Shown: one piece after another, positions 18,595 through 26,638 of the stretch
How positions within the stretch are numbered: the stretch's first letter is position 1
How the letters are laid out: each line of letters begins with the position of its first letter
From: Planctomycetota bacterium
GTDB lineage: Bacteria > Planctomycetota > GCA-002687715 > DRQF01
Reading direction: 5' to 3'
Length of the DNA stretch: 31,277 bases
Assembly: GCA_027001995.1 (NCBI GenBank)
Contig: JALTLO010000094.1
Span: 1-31,277 of the forward strand
Program-made: the position numbers and the translations under genes
The notes under the pieces: generated by a model
The model's database searches: none
Told to the model about the DNA's origin: nothing
What the model saw: only the letters and a program-made list of their open reading frames with translations

Positions 18595-19349
18595 TGCCCT
18601 GCACCTATTCCATGGATCATTACGAAGAAATTCTCTTAGCTGCCAAAGCCCAATACCGGCTTCCCTTGGTCAGTGAAGTAGGAAAAGAACTCCCCACGGA
18701 CAATATATTCTTAATCCGCCACGACGTCGACATCTCGCCGGTGGCCGCGTTGGCCATGGCAAAACTGGAACACAAACACGACATCCAAACGAGTTACTAT
18801 ATTCGACTTCACGCCCCATTCTACAACGCCTTCGACGAACAAACTTACAAGACCCTTGCCGAGATCGCCGACTTAGGGCATGAGCTAGGGCTGCACTACG
18901 AACCTGGGTACTTTGAACGACTTGACAAAGACATACGAGACGGCATTGCCGGAGATATCCAAGCCTTCGAACACCTTTTCGGTTTTCGCTCTGCCAGTGT
19001 CTCTCAACACGAACCAAGCGTAGGCCCCGTCGTCAAGACATTGCCTGAAGGATACCCTTGCGCTTACCAGCCTCATCTCATTTTTGGCATGAAGTACTTC
19101 GGCGACAGCGGCTTTCATTGGCGGGAAGGTTGCGTCTGCAGCAAAATCGGCAAGTTCGATCAGATCCACACCCTGATTCATCCATCAAGCTGGGACAGGC
19201 CCGCCCTCCCTTGGCAAGATGTGCTGAGAAACTGTGCCTCTTTGAGTGCGGCCAAGCTAAAACAGGACATGGAAGACCACATCACCTCCCAAGTCGACTA
19301 CTTAGCCAACCGCAAGCGCTTGGACGAAGAAAGACGTGCTCGCTATTAG
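18594..19349 (+). CDS. Polysaccharide deacetylase-like (NodB/CE4-related) protein
   Basis: ATG overlaps the upstream TAA (TAATG). Motifs LIRHDVD, GHELGLHYE, YFGDS and LIHPSSW. Confidence 0.7.
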   Translation: MPCTYSMDHYEEILLAAKAQYRLPLVSEVGKELPTDNIFLIRHDVDISPVAALAMAKLEHKHDIQTSYYIRLHAPFYNAFDEQTYKTLAEIADLGHELGLHYEPGYFERLDKDIRDGIAGDIQAFEHLFGFRSASVSQHEPSVGPVVKTLPEGYPCAYQPHLIFGMKYFGDSGFHWREGCVCSKIGKFDQIHTLIHPSSWDRPALPWQDVLRNCASLSAAKLKQDMEDHITSQVDYLANRKRLDEERRARY

Positions 19350-19390
19350 GGAAATCTGGCCGTCGGGTACCAGGTGAAAAAACATTGACG

Positions 19391-19648
19391 CTAGCGAAGC
19401 ACTTCGTCAGCCGTTCGGGCGACGAATGCACGATCCAGATAGATGTCCAGTTGAACAAGATCCGCTCCGCTGATTTTGCTATTCTGTTCCTCTGTCAATT
19501 CATGAAAGCGCGACTTCAAGATGAGCCTAAGAGCCTTTGCCGCAGCCCGGCGCCCATCTTCACGGCCTTCCTCACGGCCTTCCGCGCGCCCCTGAATTCG
19601 CCCTTCTTCCCTGAGTTTCTGGCCTGTTGTTTTGATCAATGTTGCCAC
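19391..19648 (-). CDS. Small stand-alone copy of the Rpn C-terminal domain (RpnS-like)
   Basis: Nearly identical to the last ~97 aa of 19660-20697. GGAGG lies 8 nt upstream of TTG 19639, which may be the real start rather than GTG 19648. Confidence 0.65.
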   Translation of the reverse strand: MATLIKTTGQKLREEGRIQGRAEGREEGREDGRRAAAKALRLILKSRFHELTEEQNSKISGADLVQLDIYLDRAFVARTADEVLR

Positions 19649-19659
19649 CTCCGGTTCAA

Positions 19660-20697
19660 CTATTGAAGCACTTCGTCAGCCGTTCGAGCGACGAATGCAC
19701 GATCCAGATAGATGTCCAGTTGAACAAGATCCGCTCCGCTGATTTTGCTATTCTGTTCCTCTGTCAACACATGAAAGCGTGACTTCAAGATGAGCCTAAG
19801 AGCCTTTGCCGCAGCCCGGCGCCCATCTTCACGGCCTTCCTCACGGCCTTCCTCACGGCCTTCCTCACGGCCTTCCTCACGGCCTTCCGCGCGCCCCTGA
19901 ATTCGCCCTTCTTCCCTGAGTTTCTGGCCTGTTGTTTTGATCAATGTTTCCACCTCCGGTTCAGTGTAAGGAACAACACAGTCAATGAGCTCCTCATAGG
20001 CTAGGTCGGTTGACTCCAGAATATAATATGTGGCGCTCTTCAAGAAGCTTTCTCCTTGGATTTCTCGGTAAGCCTTGTGGAAATAATAGGCCCATTCCTT
20101 GAGCAAAGAACCGAAGTACTCATTGTAGATGTGTTTAAGAAATAGGAGAGCCAGGATGGTAATATGTGTATTGGCGGGACCTTCAAGGCGAATTTGCTGG
20201 TCAGAAACTTTGGACAAATCGACCAGCCTGTATTTCAGCTCCACCGCTGCATCCTCCAGAGACCCCATGGGATCCTCACGGTCATAGAAATCACTAAGCT
20301 TGGTGGGGGAATTCCATTTCCGGTGCCCATTGTAAAGAACCACGGGAATGACCTCGGGAACATCGCGAGGGGACCTATTCTCCGCACCCGAGGCTTCGAA
20401 GATCCTGGAGACGTATCGAAATAGCCTCACAGGCATCATGGCGAAGGGCGTGCTTTGGTGTTCCACCAAGACGTAAATGTAGACAGACTTACCCCCAGAC
20501 TTCTTCACTTTGAAGAGGAAGTCCACTTCGTGCCTGCGATGTCCCGAGTCAACGAAATTCCCTGGGACAAGCTCCAATGTGGAGAGGTCGTGGTCCAATG
20601 CGAATTGCCTGCCCAAGAACTTCACCAACATCGCTGCAGCATGAGCCGGAATTGAGAAAACGTTACGAAGAAAACGATCATGGTTGATTGGTTTCAC
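19660..20697 (-). CDS. Rpn/YhgA-family PD-(D/E)XK nuclease (recombination-promoting nuclease / putative transposase)
   Basis: HDRFLRNVF..GNFVD..EVDFLF..YIYVLVEHQS..MPVRLFRY..VIPVVLYNG..W, with C-terminal TTGQKLREEG-(EEGR)n. GTG start with AGGAG. Confidence 0.9.
   Translation of the reverse strand: MKPINHDRFLRNVFSIPAHAAAMLVKFLGRQFALDHDLSTLELVPGNFVDSGHRRHEVDFLFKVKKSGGKSVYIYVLVEHQSTPFAMMPVRLFRYVSRIFEASGAENRSPRDVPEVIPVVLYNGHRKWNSPTKLSDFYDREDPMGSLEDAAVELKYRLVDLSKVSDQQIRLEGPANTHITILALLFLKHIYNEYFGSLLKEWAYYFHKAYREIQGESFLKSATYYILESTDLAYEELIDCVVPYTEPEVETLIKTTGQKLREEGRIQGRAEGREEGREEGREEGREEGREDGRRAAAKALRLILKSRFHVLTEEQNSKISGADLVQLDIYLDRAFVARTADEVLQ
19830..19889. repeat. 12-bp coding tandem repeat (CACGGCCTTCCT)x5 encoding EEGR repeats; 2 units in the other copy (19561-19584)
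   Basis: Read directly from the sequence; the last unit ends in G instead of T. Confidence 0.95.
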
Positions 20698-20755
20698 AAT
20701 GAACTCCTACCATGAAGACGTCATCTTTTCGGGAGAGGACCGGAAAATATTGGGA

Positions 20756-21250
20756 TCAAATGACGGGCATGTCGTCAAAATTGAGTTCGAGGGACACACG
20801 AGGAACTGGTTTGAAGCCTGAAGATTCTAAGAATTTCAGCAGGCCCCACTCGTTCCAATTGGCTTGGGTTCGAATGCTTTCGACTCCCAAACCTTTCATA
20901 TTCGTAACAAACTGATCAATGAGAGCCGTGGCAATACCGCTTCGGGCGCGAAGTGGGTCGACGCCGATAGTATCTAGGATGGCAAGCGAATCAGCGATGC
21001 CAAACTCACCATGGTAAACCCTCCCCATCAAGAAACCGCCCAAACCACCGTCAACCACAGCTCCCAAGGACACCATCATGCTAGAGTCCTTCGCAGCCTC
21101 AGTCAATTTGGCGTGAAAGAACTCCCGGCGTGACGTGTTCGTGATCCGTTTGTCAATACGAACGACACTATCCAAATCATCCATGGTGAGCTTACGCACC
21201 GGAATATCCCCACTGGCTGCTTCTTCGTTTCGGGCGTCAAATGGACTCAT
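20756..21250 (-). CDS. GNAT N-acetyltransferase, BadL-like
   Basis: GFLMGRVYHGEFG..LDTIGVDP..RSGIATAL..FLESSGF. Start placed at ATG 21250 after GGAG. Located in the bcr cluster. Confidence 0.75.
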   Translation of the reverse strand: MSPFDARNEEAASGDIPVRKLTMDDLDSVVRIDKRITNTSRREFFHAKLTEAAKDSSMMVSLGAVVDGGLGGFLMGRVYHGEFGIADSLAILDTIGVDPLRARSGIATALIDQFVTNMKGLGVESIRTQANWNEWGLLKFLESSGFKPVPRVSLELNFDDMPVI

Positions 21251-21272
21251 CTCATTCTCCTCATTTCCCAAG

Positions 21273-21989
21273 TTAGATGTACTGGCCACCATCGACTTGA
21301 ATGACCTCGCCAGTAATCTGCCGCGCTGAATCTGACAGCAAAAACAGGACCACATGCGCGATATCCTCTGGCTCGCTTGCGCGGTTCAAAGCGGACTCAT
21401 CGATAGACTGCTTCTTGACTTCATCAGGTAACTCATTGACCATGGGAGTGAGAACCAATCCCGGTGCCACGACGTTGACCCGAATGCCGAAATAGCCAGC
21501 CTCCTTTGCAGCTGACTTGCTGAGCCCAATCAAACCGGCCTTTGATGCCGAGTAGTTCGCCTGCCCGCGTTTTCCTCGCAGGCCATTGATCGAACTCAGA
21601 TTCACAACAGCCCCATCCCTAGCCCTTCGCAGCAAGGGCATGGCATGTTTCATCACGAGGAAAGCGCCTTTGAGATTGACATCAAGAACATGATCCCAAG
21701 CGTCCTCCGTCATCTTCCAAAAGACCGAATCGTCTGTAACACCAGCGCACTGAACCAAACCATCCAGCGACTCATGATCGCTTTCGATCTGCGCGAAAAC
21801 AGCACTCACGGACGTATCGTCGCGGATATCACAAACCAATGACTCCCATGGCCCGGATTTCAGCTCTGCACGATCCAGGACAATGACTCTTGCTCCGCTC
21901 GAGACAAGAACCTCGACCACTGACTTGCCAATCCCCGATGCTCCCCCTGTCACCACGATGGTCTTGCCGGTGAAATTGAATGTGATCAT
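21273..21989 (-). CDS. Short-chain dehydrogenase/reductase (FabG-like)
   Basis: TGGASGIG, YSASK, NVVAPG and ITGEVIQVDGG. Start is ATG 21989 (GAGG upstream) or GTG 22007. Confidence 0.9.
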   Translation of the reverse strand: MITFNFTGKTIVVTGGASGIGKSVVEVLVSSGARVIVLDRAELKSGPWESLVCDIRDDTSVSAVFAQIESDHESLDGLVQCAGVTDDSVFWKMTEDAWDHVLDVNLKGAFLVMKHAMPLLRRARDGAVVNLSSINGLRGKRGQANYSASKAGLIGLSKSAAKEAGYFGIRVNVVAPGLVLTPMVNELPDEVKKQSIDESALNRASEPEDIAHVVLFLLSDSARQITGEVIQVDGGQYI

Positions 21990-22003
21990 GACAGTCCTCT
22001 CAG

Positions 22004-22840
22004 TCACGCAGTCAAGGCGTCACCCCGTTCACTCAAGATACGATGGCGATAAGATCCCCAGAGTGCCGCGCCAATGGCCCCGGCCAGAATTGAGTCCTCG
22101 TGCATGCGCACATCAAAATTGCGATTCTGTTCGACCAGAGTCTCGATGAGTGCGGCACGTAAACCTGAATCGGAAGCCAAACCGCCAGTCAAGACCACCG
22201 TTTCCTTGACTTTCGCGGCAGTCAACAACTTCACCAGTCGCCCTGCCATTGATAGGTGAATTCCCTTCAAGATGTCCTCTGTCTTGATGCCCCTTGAGAC
22301 CATGTTGATCACATCCGTCTCTGCTAGGACAGCACAAATACTCGAGCACTTCTCAGGCTTCTCCGCTTGTTGAGACAGCTCTCCAACTTCTTCCAAGGCC
22401 ACACCTAAATAGCGAGCGATATTCTCCAAGAACTGTCCTGTCCCTGAAGCACACTGACTGGTCATTCTGTAGCCGAGCACTTTCGATCGATGATCCATCA
22501 AGATTGCCTTGGCATGGAGGGCACCGATGTCAAGGACAGCCCGCGCCTCGGGCTCCAAAAACAAACCACCCCGGGCATGCGCGGTCATGCCATAGAAATG
22601 ACCGGTGCGAAAGTCAACGAGCTCACCTTCACCGGTGGTGGCCACATAGTCAACTTGGTCTCTACGGATATTGGCCTCCGCTAACATGCCATCGTAGGTT
22701 TCATTGAGAACTTCAACCGCATCGCGACGGCGTATCCGTTCAACAACCTTTCCAATGATCGCAGGACTACCCTTGTCATCCGAAAGCAGTGCACATTTAA
22801 TGGTACTGCTACCAATATCAATTCCGGAAATAAGACTCAT
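22004..22840 (-). CDS. bcrD: Benzoyl-CoA reductase subunit D (ATP-binding activator)
   Basis: GIDIGSS, ATTGEGE, HFYGMTAHARG, MTSQCASGTGQFLENIARYLG and CSSICAVLAETDVINMVSRG. Confidence 0.92.
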   Translation of the reverse strand: MSLISGIDIGSSTIKCALLSDDKGSPAIIGKVVERIRRRDAVEVLNETYDGMLAEANIRRDQVDYVATTGEGELVDFRTGHFYGMTAHARGGLFLEPEARAVLDIGALHAKAILMDHRSKVLGYRMTSQCASGTGQFLENIARYLGVALEEVGELSQQAEKPEKCSSICAVLAETDVINMVSRGIKTEDILKGIHLSMAGRLVKLLTAAKVKETVVLTGGLASDSGLRAALIETLVEQNRNFDVRMHEDSILAGAIGAALWGSYRHRILSERGDALTA

Positions 22841-22849
22841 AGGACTTCC

Positions 22850-24184
22850 TTAAGCTGCAACTTCATCGAGCGCCGTGATACTGCGGGCAGCGAAAATGGC
22901 TGCGCCGATTGCACCGGTGTAAATGGAGTCTGGGGATATATTGATGGTTCGTTCACCATAATTCTCTTTAACCAAGTGCTTCAATGCAGCAACGGAAGCC
23001 ACGTTCTTGGCGACACCACCGGTAAACGTGAATTCTTCTGCAATACCACCTGACCGCGCCAGGAGGCTCATGGCTCGCAGCATCATGGCACGGTGAAGAC
23101 CAGCCAAGATGTCTTCCCTTTTGTCACCCAAAGTCATGCGGTCTCGAAGCTCGGCGCCAGCAAAGACAGTGCATGTCGAAGAAATTTTCACCTTGCGTTT
23201 TGACGTTTGCGCTAAAGGCCCGAGTTCGTGCAATCCCAGGTTCATCTCATCGGCTATATACCCCAAATAACGACCACACCCGGCGGCGCAACGATCGTTC
23301 ATTTGAAAACTTGTGACGATTCCTTGATTGTCGATTTGGATCGCTTTGGTGTCTTGCCCGCCAATGTCCAAGACTGTTGTTGTGTTGGGGAACATCCAGT
23401 GGGCTCCCAAACCATGGCAGAGGATTTCCGATCTTATCTGATCTTTACGGAAAGGTAGCTTGCTACGGCCATACCCGGTGCCAACGGTATTCAATTCATT
23501 GATCTCGATGCCCGCGACCTTGAGAACACGATCGCGCAAGGGGTCTTTGTGCTTGGCCCACAACTCCTCATCTTCCGAGTAAACGCGCTCCAAAGCTGGC
23601 ATGATGTTGTTCGAGAAAGAAAGGTCTATTTCTCTGTTTTCAACACGAATAATGGACTTGTCAAAAAGACTCATCAGCTGATCAAAGTCTCCGCCACTGC
23701 ATTTGCGACCTTGGGCTCTCTTCATGTAGCCTCCGGTGGCAATGTCGCGAAAGAAATCTGACCGAGCTGGGATTCCAGGTGCGAAAAGAAGGGGAATCTC
23801 TTCTAGCATACCTTGCAAGACATTCGACACGTTGCTCGTCAGAAGGTCACGTTCCTCGTCATAGCGCGGATCACTCAGAACATGAGTGAATTCTTCCTCC
23901 AAACAACGCTGCTGAATCAGGTGCTGCTCAAGACGGAAGTTTCTTTGCAGGTCTTTGATGAATCGATTCTTGACCTCATCTTCCAAACCTAATTCGTCCA
24001 ACTCGTGAGTGAAGAGGGCGAAACGCGCATTGATCAATGCCTCCGACTTGGCCACGGCACAAGCAATGTCATAGTTGCTACGACTATTGGTGATACCCTT
24101 ACCAAGTAAACGTCCGTCCATGTCCATAACAACGGCTTTGGTCGTCGTAGAACCCAGGTCAATTCCGGTGCAACAATCCATCAT
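22850..24184 (-). CDS. bcrA: Benzoyl-CoA reductase subunit A (ATP-binding activator)
   Basis: GIDLGSTTTK..GITNSRSNY, GTGYGR, SEILCHGLGAH, DIGGQDTK, MNDRCAAGCGRYLGY and SSTCTVFAG. Confidence 0.92.
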   Translation of the reverse strand: MMDCCTGIDLGSTTTKAVVMDMDGRLLGKGITNSRSNYDIACAVAKSEALINARFALFTHELDELGLEDEVKNRFIKDLQRNFRLEQHLIQQRCLEEEFTHVLSDPRYDEERDLLTSNVSNVLQGMLEEIPLLFAPGIPARSDFFRDIATGGYMKRAQGRKCSGGDFDQLMSLFDKSIIRVENREIDLSFSNNIMPALERVYSEDEELWAKHKDPLRDRVLKVAGIEINELNTVGTGYGRSKLPFRKDQIRSEILCHGLGAHWMFPNTTTVLDIGGQDTKAIQIDNQGIVTSFQMNDRCAAGCGRYLGYIADEMNLGLHELGPLAQTSKRKVKISSTCTVFAGAELRDRMTLGDKREDILAGLHRAMMLRAMSLLARSGGIAEEFTFTGGVAKNVASVAALKHLVKENYGERTINISPDSIYTGAIGAAIFAARSITALDEVAA

Positions 24185-24191
24185 GAACCTC

Positions 24192-25472
24192 CTAAAGCGC
24201 GCTGACCGCGTTGCGTTTTTGTTCGATCATCTGAAAATACGATTCGAGGCGGTTCTTGATATTGGCCGCCGAGAAGTAGCGCGGGTCTACCAGATCAGAC
24301 TCAAAGAATCCCCCGGGCACACCGGTACGCTGCTCGACTTCTCTCAAGATGAGTAGTTGCCCCGCGCTAAAAGAGTTGCAACTCTTGACCGAATTGATCA
24401 AGAAGCCATCGGCCTGATATTCTTCGACATACTTGGAGATCATGTCCGTCCGTGTCGGCAAATTTAGGTTGGTGTAGCAGCCCAAACAATAGTCGGCCAA
24501 AGACTCCAGTGGGTTGTCTGGATCATGACGGAAGCCGAAATCGTAGACGCCGCCAACACGGGTATAGGTGGAGGCCACCGCTACGGCCCCTTCATCGCTG
24601 AACATCTTCCACAGCTCGCGAAAGTGAGTCCAGTTTGGCGGTCCTTCCACCACGATGCGATACTTTTCTTCTTTCATCGGACCTTCCGGTGTGAGTGGTC
24701 CGAGTTTACGGGCAGCCCGATCGTTGACTTCCGCTAAGAGGGCTTCATAGTAGGTCTCTGCTTCAGGCGTTCCGCGAAACGCGGTAAAAATCGGTGAGAT
24801 GTAGTAGACGCCGCCAAAGTAACCGTCGATAGGAGAAGGGGTCTGCTTAGCCGACTCCATGACCTTGACAAAGTTGTCTTCTGAGCGAGCAGAACTCGCC
24901 ATCAGCTGGCGCAAGCGATCGATATCAAACTTCTTGCCGGAAACTTCCTCTAAGACAGGGATGACCTTTTCTTGCAACTGCTTAACAATGTAGCGGCGCA
25001 TCTCTGCCGTTGGCTTTCCATCTGCCTGATAAGGCACATGCAGCATGACGATGGGGCAATCGTATTCCTGCTTGAGGATTTCGAACCATTTCATGAAAGT
25101 GAAGCAGCCTGTGTAAGACAGCAAGAGAACAGATGGTTTCGGCAATCTTGTCCCCGTAGGACCGATATTGCCGTTCTTGGCCATGCCAAGGTCGCACTTC
25201 ACATAGGTGCAAACATCTTCCGAGTGCCCTTCTTTTTCAGCGGCGGCAATGTAGTCAGCCGATTTATTGCGCATGGCGCTTTGAAGAGCGTTGATCTCAG
25301 GGAGCACGGGGAGAAGGTCGAAACAATGGAGTAGTTCGGCTAGGTTTCCGGGAACGAATGTATAGGCACACTTGTCTCCATTCTCCTCGGAAACAGCCAA
25401 CTTCTCAAAATGCCGGGCCAACATTTCTTTCTGCAAATCCATACTGGATTCTTTGATTACTGGCTTGCTCAT
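24192..25472 (-). CDS. bcrB: Benzoyl-CoA reductase subunit B
   Basis: TFVPGNL..LPEINALQ..EDVCTYVKCD..YTGCFTFMKWFE..KSCNSFSAGQ..ESDLVDPRYFS. Start placed at ATG 25472 after GGAG. Confidence 0.92.
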   Translation of the reverse strand: MSKPVIKESSMDLQKEMLARHFEKLAVSEENGDKCAYTFVPGNLAELLHCFDLLPVLPEINALQSAMRNKSADYIAAAEKEGHSEDVCTYVKCDLGMAKNGNIGPTGTRLPKPSVLLLSYTGCFTFMKWFEILKQEYDCPIVMLHVPYQADGKPTAEMRRYIVKQLQEKVIPVLEEVSGKKFDIDRLRQLMASSARSEDNFVKVMESAKQTPSPIDGYFGGVYYISPIFTAFRGTPEAETYYEALLAEVNDRAARKLGPLTPEGPMKEEKYRIVVEGPPNWTHFRELWKMFSDEGAVAVASTYTRVGGVYDFGFRHDPDNPLESLADYCLGCYTNLNLPTRTDMISKYVEEYQADGFLINSVKSCNSFSAGQLLILREVEQRTGVPGGFFESDLVDPRYFSAANIKNRLESYFQMIEQKRNAVSAL

Positions 25473-25474
25473 CG

Positions 25475-26629
25475 TTAACTCCACAACTTAATTGAATCGG
25501 CGAACGTCCCGGCTTGTTCGCGAATGACTTGAAACTGACCGGTATTCTCGGCGTACTTGAAACTGGTGTAAGGAATGCTCGCCTTCTCAATGGCCGCCAC
25601 CATCATGGGCTGATCGAGAAGCGCTGGATCACAGAAACTGGGGGCGCAGCACACAACACCCTCGGCATTGCATTTCTTGACCTTCTCCACCAGCTCGCCC
25701 CCCTTCTCCGACTCACGGTAAATGAATGCAGCTTCTCGCGACTGCTCGATAAAGGCTCGGGCAAGATTCTCGATGGCATCCCCAGTGGTGGAAATTTCAC
25801 CCTTAATCAATCGGGCACCCAAGGTGAAGTCATCCTCCACCACATAGCAGCCGGATTTTTCGATGGTACGAATGAGATTGAGAGGAGGTTGTTCACAGAA
25901 TGAACCAAGAACAACAACCCGCGCATTGTCGATAGCTTTGCAGTCGGAAGCCGCCGCCAAGTCAATGTAGGAGCGCAACATCTTGTTGTGTTCTTTTACG
26001 TCGATCTGGTAGCCCGCACGAATGAGGAGATAGCCTTCCGACACAGGAAAGCACCAAGGTCGCTCTCGCCGCTTTTGGTAAAGCTCTTCGATCAGTGAGC
26101 GATTCTCATTGTAGATTGCAATGGATCGATTGATGCTGTCGTTGTCAGGGTTCTGCCCCGACACCCGGCAAAACTCACCGAAGAGGCGCTTGAGTTCATG
26201 GGTGAAAAAATCGACGCCGATTTCGTCAAAACTCTGAGGCATATCCAAATACCACGCCGGAGTCTTCGGGAAGAGCATCTTCCACATGCCCGAAAGATTT
26301 CGGATCACATCGCATATGCTAGGAAAGATCATGCCATCCAATGGAGAAAGATTACCATTCAAACCCATTTCGATGGTGCTGCGGGGAATCTGGCAGATAT
26401 AGCTTTGGAAGTAAGCATCACCCTTGATGATCTCGATCCCATCGCCGCCGCCCACAATCCCTACAGGCAAGATTCCAGCGGCATGGAGAAGCTCTCGGGG
26501 TGACCACACAGGCATACAGCCCACGGCCTTACCACCCGTTTTCTCTTTCCACTTAGAGACAGTACCCAGCTCCAGGTCTCGAACGATCTCTTCAGCAAGA
26601 TCAATCATGTCAGCTTTCGTTTCGGCCAT
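25475..26629 (-). CDS. bcrC: Benzoyl-CoA reductase subunit C
   Basis: GDAYFQSYICQIPRSTIE..FPSICDVIRNLSGMW..FCEQPP..PSFCDPALLD..EQAGTFADSIKLW. Confidence 0.92.
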   Translation of the reverse strand: MAETKADMIDLAEEIVRDLELGTVSKWKEKTGGKAVGCMPVWSPRELLHAAGILPVGIVGGGDGIEIIKGDAYFQSYICQIPRSTIEMGLNGNLSPLDGMIFPSICDVIRNLSGMWKMLFPKTPAWYLDMPQSFDEIGVDFFTHELKRLFGEFCRVSGQNPDNDSINRSIAIYNENRSLIEELYQKRRERPWCFPVSEGYLLIRAGYQIDVKEHNKMLRSYIDLAAASDCKAIDNARVVVLGSFCEQPPLNLIRTIEKSGCYVVEDDFTLGARLIKGEISTTGDAIENLARAFIEQSREAAFIYRESEKGGELVEKVKKCNAEGVVCCAPSFCDPALLDQPMMVAAIEKASIPYTSFKYAENTGQFQVIREQAGTFADSIKLWS

Positions 26630-26638
26630 GGTATTTCC

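Larger units (their letters stand above)
19391..19963. repeat. Tandem direct duplication: 19391-19658 (268 bp) and 19660-19963 (304 bp)
   Basis: By-eye alignment shows about 7 substitutions plus a 36-bp length difference from a 12-bp unit. Confidence 0.95.

Noticed and set aside
19830..19889. 12-bp repeats as a CRISPR array
   Set aside because: The units are contiguous with no spacers and encode in-frame EEGR repeats; there are no cas genes.
19660..20697. Rpn gene as an active IS element
   Set aside because: No terminal inverted repeats or target-site duplication seen, and the family is not shown to transpose despite the legacy annotation.
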